Assembly (NCBI GenBank): GCA_025058515.1
Contig: JANXDW010000049.1
Location: 2,588-66,587, forward strand
DNA from: Aigarchaeota archaeon
GTDB taxonomy: Archaea > Thermoproteota > Nitrososphaeria_A > Caldarchaeales > Wolframiiraptoraceae
Length of the DNA stretch: 64,000 nt
Direction of reading: 5' to 3'
In this document: piece by piece, positions 58,508 to 64,000 of the stretch
Position numbering within the stretch: position 1 is the stretch's first letter
How the letters are laid out: every line of letters begins with the position of its first letter
The notes under the pieces: generated by a model
The model's input: only the letters and a program-made list of their open reading frames with translations
What the model was told of the DNA's origin: nothing
The model's database searches: none
Program-made: the position numbers and the translations under genes

Positions 58508-59125
58508 TCAGCTCACTAATCTATCAGGCTCGGAGATTACTTCTATTCTAGGGTCCTGTTCAAGTCCTAATGCTTCTTCCCATGAACTGTATGAGTCTGG
58601 ATAGGTTAATCTAATGATGTAGTATCCAGCGATCTTGAGAGCTGAAGCTAATGATGAGAAGATGATTATTTTATAATTACTTCTACTTATTTTCAGTAAT
58701 GGGATCATCAACCCCTCACTAGACATTGTAACGTATACCATGTCTCCATCTTCATCAACCATACGCTTAACCCTCTTCTTGATATCTCTAAGCCTAGGTA
58801 TATTGATTGCAATCAATCCTAATACTCCTGTCAATCCTATCAGGAGAGCCCAGAAAGCATCACTTCTTCTACTTGAATATTCTCTTAAATTTTTCTTTAC
58901 AAACTCTTCCAACTCCATGAACTTCTCCATCTTGAATACCTTCTTACCATCTATATTCGTATAGACATATCTTGAATGTATTAATAATATGCTTGACCTA
59001 CATCCGATAGATGGCTTATTACTTATCTCTAAATTACTTGAATGAATATTCTGTCGAATGACTTCTATACTAAGCCTCAATACATCTCTCTTACGAGCTA
59101 GATCTATAATCTCATAAGAGTACAT
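58508..59125 (-). CDS. Hypothetical single-TM protein
   Basis: 205-aa ORF with a central TM helix FWALLIGLTGVLGLIAINI; its stop abuts the small membrane ORF. Confidence 0.3.
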   Translation of the reverse strand: MYSYEIIDLARKRDVLRLSIEVIRQNIHSSNLEISNKPSIGCRSSILLIHSRYVYTNIDGKKVFKMEKFMELEEFVKKNLREYSSRRSDAFWALLIGLTGVLGLIAINIPRLRDIKKRVKRMVDEDGDMVYVTMSSEGLMIPLLKISRSNYKIIIFSSLASALKIAGYYIIRLTYPDSYSSWEEALGLEQDPRIEVISEPDRLVS

Positions 59126-59153
59126 CTACGGTCTTAATATGGGTAGAGGCTTT

Positions 59154-59696
59154 TTAAGTTTTCTCTATAGGATAGATTTTAGACTTTAAGATGGCTATGA
59201 GAAGGATGTTGCCTAGAAGTACTATAGAGATGAAGCTTCCGATGAATATAGTTATCCAGAATGCTGGTAGACCTGGGAGGATGAATGTGTAAACATTATA
59301 GTATTCTGGAGAACCGAAGATATACCATAAATATGTTCCAACGATAAATGATATGATTATCGATTGTATCGATGTAGTGGTGATAAAGTATCTTCTCGTA
59401 TGTTTTAAGCAGATCTTCCAACCTATGTAGCATGCTATGAAGTTTGCTAAAGCTCCTCCTAAGGTATCAATTATTGTCCATCCTCCAAAGAATACTTGTC
59501 CTGCGATGAAATTTGATATCATACATCCTATAGTTAACCCGATGATAGCAGTCCATCCATAGATAATACTTAGTGGAATTAATGCATCTGCGAATCTAAC
59601 TTGTAGTGGTAGGAAGCTCACTGGAGCGAGAGCTACAACTAAAACAGCGTATAGAGAAGCAAACATTGATGCTAGAGTTATACTCTTCTTCTCCAA
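59154..59696 (-). CDS. Small multi-TM transporter-like protein (QueT/ECF-S-component-like)
   Basis: About 5 TM helices over 180 aa; weak resemblance to the QueT/ECF S-component pattern. Confidence 0.35.
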   Translation of the reverse strand: MEKKSITLASMFASLYAVLVVALAPVSFLPLQVRFADALIPLSIIYGWTAIIGLTIGCMISNFIAGQVFFGGWTIIDTLGGALANFIACYIGWKICLKHTRRYFITTTSIQSIIISFIVGTYLWYIFGSPEYYNVYTFILPGLPAFWITIFIGSFISIVLLGNILLIAILKSKIYPIEKT

Positions 59697-59841
59697 GTCG
59701 CCTCCTCCTTAGGATGTGATCTTATTAAAAGTTTCGAGATATCTTGAAATTTCTCTAATCAACATTAGAAGTCATGATTCTTGAAGAAAATGTTTATACT
59801 AGTTAAATCTATATTCTACGAAATATCCACTATCCTAGAGG

Positions 59842-60213
59842 ATGTCGATAGCTATAGAGGGTTTACCAGAATATATTAGGATAAAAATATGGAGATGTAA
59901 AGAAGGTGTCTTCTTAGAGAGGGATGTTCTCTTAGAGGAAACTCTCTTAGAGATGGGATTGAATATTGAAGAGAAGTTGAAGGAGGCTGATGTAAAGTAT
60001 GAAGAACATCTCAAGAAGATTCATGAACTATATGGGGTTGATATGACTGAAGAATATGTGTGGACGCTTCCAGAGCCTGCAATACTTACAATATCTATAC
60101 AAGATATCGAGAAGATCCCTAAAACATACTTAGATAAATTCTTAAAAGAATCAGTAATAATAAAATACAGAGAGAATTTCTATAAAATAGTATTAGAATA
60201 CCCATGTGGCTAA
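59842..60213 (+). CDS. Hypothetical protein
   Basis: 123-aa ORF with no recognisable motif. Confidence 0.3.
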   Translation: MSIAIEGLPEYIRIKIWRCKEGVFLERDVLLEETLLEMGLNIEEKLKEADVKYEEHLKKIHELYGVDMTEEYVWTLPEPAILTISIQDIEKIPKTYLDKFLKESVIIKYRENFYKIVLEYPCG

Positions 60214-60399
60214 AAGCTTAATCTCAATTCTGCGAATTACTTTAAACCTTTAAAGTTATGGTGATTTTAATCTTCAACCCACAGATTTTTTCTTCGATGA
60301 TAATTCTGGTAAAACACTCTTAAGTGATTTTTAAATTCAGTGCAGAGGGAATTATAAGAATACTGTAAAGAGATAAGGGGTAATCAGAAAAATTGTAGT

Positions 60400-60715
60400 T
60401 ATAAAAGAACTTATTGTGGCCTTAGAGGTATCTGAGGATCGATACGATGTAGGGAAGGTTAAATGTAGTTATTGCAAAATTAGGAGCTGGAGTTAAGCAG
60501 AAATATTCGGTGAGACTCATGCTCGTCATGGAGATTATGTCTCGGACGGGTTATATGAAAAGTTTAAGCTGAGACCAGACCTACCCTTATTCCCAAGATA
60601 CATCCTAAACGTTGAAAGTATTTTGAAGAATCATGGGAAAGCTTTGAGGAATCTTAAACCGATAATACCTTTCAGAATATTGGAGATGATCAGAGAATGT
60701 TGTAGATAGAGCTTA
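60400..60715 (+). pseudogene. Degraded ORF fragments (three short frames broken by stops/frameshifts)
   Basis: Manual translation yields …DRYDVGKVKCSYCKIRSWS*, …GAGVKQKYSVRLMLVMEIMSRTGYMKSLS* and …RPDLPLFPRYILNVESILKNHGKALRNLKPIIPFRILEMIRECCR* in different frames. Confidence 0.25.
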
Positions 60716-60788
60716 ACCATGCCTACAACATAAAATAATCTATCATTTCTGTAAAGATTTAATTATCTGGTATCTTTTAATTATTCAT

Positions 60789-63700
60789 GTGCAAGAGAAG
60801 GTTGATGATTTTGAAGAGCTCTTAAGATGGTATTTAGATGCAGTGAGATTTGCTGAGAATGAGGATACTAAGGCCGACAGGTTTAGGGATTTTATTAGGA
60901 GGGCTTTCCCTGAGATTGATGTAGGTTTTCTAGGAGGATTTTATCCAGATCTTGAAAAGTATGTTAAGTATATTGGTCATGGTAGGGTTGTTAGAGGTAG
61001 ACCTGACTCTCTTTTCGGTAATCTTATAATCGAGTTTGAGAAGACATTGGATGACAAGCATTTAGAAGAGGCTGAGAATCAACTTAAGAAATATGTTGCG
61101 GGTCTATGGTCTATTCAAGCTGAGAGAAGGCAGAAGAGAGGAAAGTTTACTGCTGTAGCTACTGACGGATTAAAGTTTGTCGTGTATAAGCCTAGAACTG
61201 TTACCTTAGCTGGACCAGTAGCTAGTGAACAAGTTATGTTGGAAGATATAGATCAAGCTGATTTACGTGAGCTTTCTACTTCTGAAGCTTACCAATGGCT
61301 TAATCGGTATATTGTTGTTGCATCATCTGAACTTAAGACAATAGATCCTGATGAATTTGCTAAAGAGTTTGGTGTTGGTAGTAAGGTATTCGATGAGGTT
61401 ATGAAATTGTTGTGGAAGGGGTGGGAAAAAGCTAGGAGTAAGATGTCTACTCTCTATACACAGTGGGATTCCCATCTCAGAATTGTCTATGGAAGTGAGG
61501 TTGCAAGTGAAGAGCTTTATCTTAGACATACGTATCTAGCGACTCTAGCTAAACTTGTTGTATATGCTTCATATTCAGGTGGTGCTTTACCCATCTCAAG
61601 AGATGAGATCACAAATATTCTCAATGGGTCTGTCTTTAGACGATGGCGTATCACAAATTTCATTGAAGAAGATTTCTTCTCATGGGTTCATAGAGTCGAA
61701 GAAGGACTTGAGGCTACTAGAACTCTGATCTCTAAACTAAGCTCTTACGATTTATCATCTGTAACTATCGATGTGTTTAAGGAGCTATATCAAGGGTTGG
61801 TGGATCCTGAAGCTAGACATGATTTGGGTGAGTATTATACTCCTGATTGGCTTGCTGAGATGATTGTCAATGATGTCTTAGCTGATAATCCTTATAAGAG
61901 TGTTCTCGATCCCGCATGTGGTTCGGGAACCTTTCTAGCCATGGCCATCACCTATAAGAAGAGAATGATAAAAGACTTAACCCCCCAACAACTTCTTGAA
62001 CATATTTTAGAGAATGTTATAGGTATTGATATACATCCTCTGGCCGTGATCATCGCTAGAGCGACATATCTAACTACTATCGGGAGAGAGCTCCTTGAAG
62101 CACGTGAGAAAGATCTGATAATACCCGTCTATCTATCTAACTCGATTAAGCTTCTGCAGGAGGAGGTTCTGGTTCATGGAGGCCAAGCATACCCCATCGA
62201 CGTGGAAGGATCGAAAAGATTTCTCCTACCATCTAGCTTAGCTTATAATCCATTTCTATGCGATCTAGTCATAGATGCTGTTAGAGATTATGCTGAATCT
62301 ATAGCTGAGGGTGCTCCCGACTCACTTGAGTTATTTGATCTTCACATGAGCTCTTACGGTTTAAGGGATAAGCTTTCTGAGATTGATCTCCAAACTCTAC
62401 ATTATACTGCTCAGAATATGGCTGAATTGATAAAAGCTGGGAAAGATATTGTTTGGGGGTTCATCTTAAAAAATTACTATAAGCCTATCTTATTTTCAAA
62501 AAAGAAATTCGATGTAATAGTAGGGAACCCTCCTTGGCTTTCCTATAGATATATCAAGGATGTAATGTATCAGAAGTTTCTCAAAGATCTAATAATAAAG
62601 GAGTATGGGTTACTAGATTCTGAGAAAGTAGAGCTTATAACTCAGATGGAGTTGGCGACATTGTTCTTTGTCAGATCTGCTGAGCTATACTTGAAAGAGG
62701 ATGGTACGATAGCCTTCGTAATGCCGAGAAGCGTATTCGTAGCTGATCAACATCATAATTTCAGGGCATCTCTCTTAAAGAAGCCCAAGCTAAGCGTAAT
62801 TAGAGTTATTGACTTAGAAGATGTGAAACCACTATTTAACGTACCATCATGTGTTATCTTTAGTAGATTAGGCGAAGAGTCTACTTACCCCATAAAGGGA
62901 ACTATAATCTATGGCGAGCTTGATAGAAAGAATGAAGAATTAGTGAAGGCTTTTTTAAAGCTTAATGTAAAACATACAAAGTTTGAGTTGAAAAACATTG
63001 GAGAACGTACATTTTTAGGTGAAGAAGGAAAAGAGGTTGAGATAGAAGTTGGTGTAAGTAGGAGCGAATACTATAATGTATTCAAAAATGGAGCTACAAT
63101 CTATCCTAAATCTTTGTGGTGTATTGAGATTGTTAAGCATCCGAAGCTTGGGATAGATCCAGCATTTCCGTATGTTAGGACATCTAAGAGAGCTATCGAG
63201 AGAGCTAAGTCTGGATACGAAGACGTGAAACTATCTGGAAATATTGAGTCAAAGTTTCTATATGCTGTTGTTTCAGGTTCGGAGCTTGTTCCATTCGGAT
63301 TAGTGGGGACTTACTTAGCAGTTCTACCTATAGAGGAGTTTGGTGAAGGATATAGGATGATTACGAGAGATGAGGCTTTACGGAAAAAATATAATGGATT
63401 GGCTAAATGGCTTACTAAAGCAGAAAGTATCTGGCAAGAGAAACGTGCGGATAAAATTGAACGTGGAAATATCTATGATTGGTTGGATTATCGAGGAAAA
63501 TTAACAGTTCAGAATCCTAAAAGGAGATTTAAAATTCTTTACAATACTTCTGGAACTTATCTTGTTTCATGTGTCGTAGAGAATAAGCCTATAGTCTTGA
63601 AGATAGATGGGATAAAGGTAAAAGTTAATGGAACAATTGCAGATTGGACAACATATTGGATGGAGACAGACGATGAAGCAGAAGCGTATTACTTATCCGC

Positions 63701-64000
63701 TATACTTAATTCACCTATAGTAGATGAGATGATTAAACCTATGCAAGCCAGGGGTGCATTTGGTGAACGTCATATAGTTAAGAAGCCTTTGGAGCTTCCT
63801 ATTCCAAGGTTCGATCCAAGTAATCATATCCATCAACGTCTCTCCCAGATTGGTAGAGAATGTCATGAAAAAGTAGCAAAGATACTACCAGCTCTAACGA
63901 GTAAGTATAAGTCTATTGGAAAGATTAGAGCTGAGATAAAGAAGCATCTAAGCAACGAACTTCAAGAAATAGACCAACTTGTAAAACAGATCATCAAAAT
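60789..64000 (+). CDS. MmeI-family type IIL/IIG restriction-modification enzyme (fused PD-ExK endonuclease and gamma-class N6-adenine methyltransferase plus target-recognition region; partial, runs off the 3' window edge)
   Basis: An open frame from a probable GTG start at 60789 to the window end (over 1070 aa), absent from the ORF track. The N-terminus …GRVVRGRPDSLFGNLIIEFEKTLDDKHLEEAENQLKKY aligns with the MmeI nuclease core (…FVDLFWPGILLIEMKSRGKDLDKAYDQALDY; D-x-ExK). Methyltransferase motifs follow: GEYYTPDWLAEMIV, VLDPACGSGTFL (motif I) and IVGNPPWL (motif IV). Confidence 0.7.
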   Translation, partial: MQEKVDDFEELLRWYLDAVRFAENEDTKADRFRDFIRRAFPEIDVGFLGGFYPDLEKYVKYIGHGRVVRGRPDSLFGNLIIEFEKTLDDKHLEEAENQLKKYVAGLWSIQAERRQKRGKFTAVATDGLKFVVYKPRTVTLAGPVASEQVMLEDIDQADLRELSTSEAYQWLNRYIVVASSELKTIDPDEFAKEFGVGSKVFDEVMKLLWKGWEKARSKMSTLYTQWDSHLRIVYGSEVASEELYLRHTYLATLAKLVVYASYSGGALPISRDEITNILNGSVFRRWRITNFIEEDFFSWVHRVEEGLEATRTLISKLSSYDLSSVTIDVFKELYQGLVDPEARHDLGEYYTPDWLAEMIVNDVLADNPYKSVLDPACGSGTFLAMAITYKKRMIKDLTPQQLLEHILENVIGIDIHPLAVIIARATYLTTIGRELLEAREKDLIIPVYLSNSIKLLQEEVLVHGGQAYPIDVEGSKRFLLPSSLAYNPFLCDLVIDAVRDYAESIAEGAPDSLELFDLHMSSYGLRDKLSEIDLQTLHYTAQNMAELIKAGKDIVWGFILKNYYKPILFSKKKFDVIVGNPPWLSYRYIKDVMYQKFLKDLIIKEYGLLDSEKVELITQMELATLFFVRSAELYLKEDGTIAFVMPRSVFVADQHHNFRASLLKKPKLSVIRVIDLEDVKPLFNVPSCVIFSRLGEESTYPIKGTIIYGELDRKNEELVKAFLKLNVKHTKFELKNIGERTFLGEEGKEVEIEVGVSRSEYYNVFKNGATIYPKSLWCIEIVKHPKLGIDPAFPYVRTSKRAIERAKSGYEDVKLSGNIESKFLYAVVSGSELVPFGLVGTYLAVLPIEEFGEGYRMITRDEALRKKYNGLAKWLTKAESIWQEKRADKIERGNIYDWLDYRGKLTVQNPKRRFKILYNTSGTYLVSCVVENKPIVLKIDGIKVKVNGTIADWTTYWMETDDEAEAYYLSAILNSPIVDEMIKPMQARGAFGERHIVKKPLELPIPRFDPSNHIHQRLSQIGRECHEKVAKILPALTSKYKSIGKIRAEIKKHLSNELQEIDQLVKQIIK

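Noticed and set aside
39424-61529. Remaining short antisense ORFs (39424..39681-, 40151..40366-, 41230..41430-, 43513..44121-, 46987..47223+, 48821..49477-, 52723..53577+, 55867..56082+, 58345..58964+, 61323..61529-)
   Set aside because: They overlap annotated genes on the opposite strand. 61323..61529 lies inside the restriction-modification ORF.
1-64000. CRISPR arrays, tRNA/rRNA genes, transposases and integrases
   Set aside because: Scanning intergenic regions found no regularly spaced direct repeats, no tRNA-like GC-rich cloverleaf candidates (no GTTCGAAT-type T-loops), and no transposase or integrase-like ORFs.

Overview
This is a 64-kb, AT-rich (about 35% GC) archaeal chromosomal window. 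Gene density is high, arginine codons are mostly AGA/AGG, and the proteins are very K/E/I-rich, which points to a hyperthermophile, probably a crenarchaeon (Thermoproteota). I found no tRNA, rRNA or CRISPR array.

Most of the window is core metabolism and information processing:
- **Polyamine and nucleic-acid enzymes:** agmatinase, a THEP1-type NTPase and RNase HII.
- **Mevalonate pathway:** the archaeal thiolase/HMG-CoA synthase/DUF35 operon, plus a second thiolase+DUF35 pair.
- **Heme biosynthesis:** a hemB-hemL-hemC-(hemD) operon divergent from hemA.
- **Regulation and methionine synthesis:** Lrp, and a split cobalamin-independent methionine synthase (MetE N-like and C-catalytic ORFs).
- **Translation-related:** ribosomal proteins S13, L15e and S3Ae, a YchF GTPase, ProRS, and RNase P subunits Pop5+Rpp30.
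- **Tat export:** tandem tatA paralogs and tatC.
- **Central metabolism:** TPI, FBP aldolase/phosphatase, a phosphohexomutase, an aldo-keto reductase, a tungsten AOR and an amidase.
- **Repair and proteolysis:** a JAMM/MPN protein, Mre11-Rad50 and HtpX.
- **Aromatic amino acids:** prephenate dehydratase and a chorismate mutase-aminotransferase fusion.
- **LysW-type lysine/arginine biosynthesis:** a cluster of lysX, lysY, lysZ, lysW, a second X-ligase and lysK.

Several things stand out.
- **Accessory island at the 3' end:** an MmeI-family single-chain type IIL/IIG restriction-modification enzyme (PD-ExK nuclease plus gamma-class m6A methyltransferase) that runs off the window, with degraded ORF fragments just upstream.
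- **Unusual membrane protein:** a signal peptide, a long YxxL-type coiled-coil repeat array, one TM helix, a poly-Pro linker and a C-terminal AbrB/SpoVT swapped-hairpin domain.
- **Odd LysW:** its conserved C-terminal Glu is replaced by Gln (…EDWGQ).
- **Insertion in the lys cluster:** a B12-domain radical SAM gene plus a hypothetical gene.
- **Possible toxin-antitoxin-like pair:** a Pol-beta nucleotidyltransferase directly abutting a small ORF.
- **Small features the ORF track missed:** a 58-aa truncated histone-fold ORF, an intergenic C/D-box sRNA candidate, and a TauE/SafE gene remnant.
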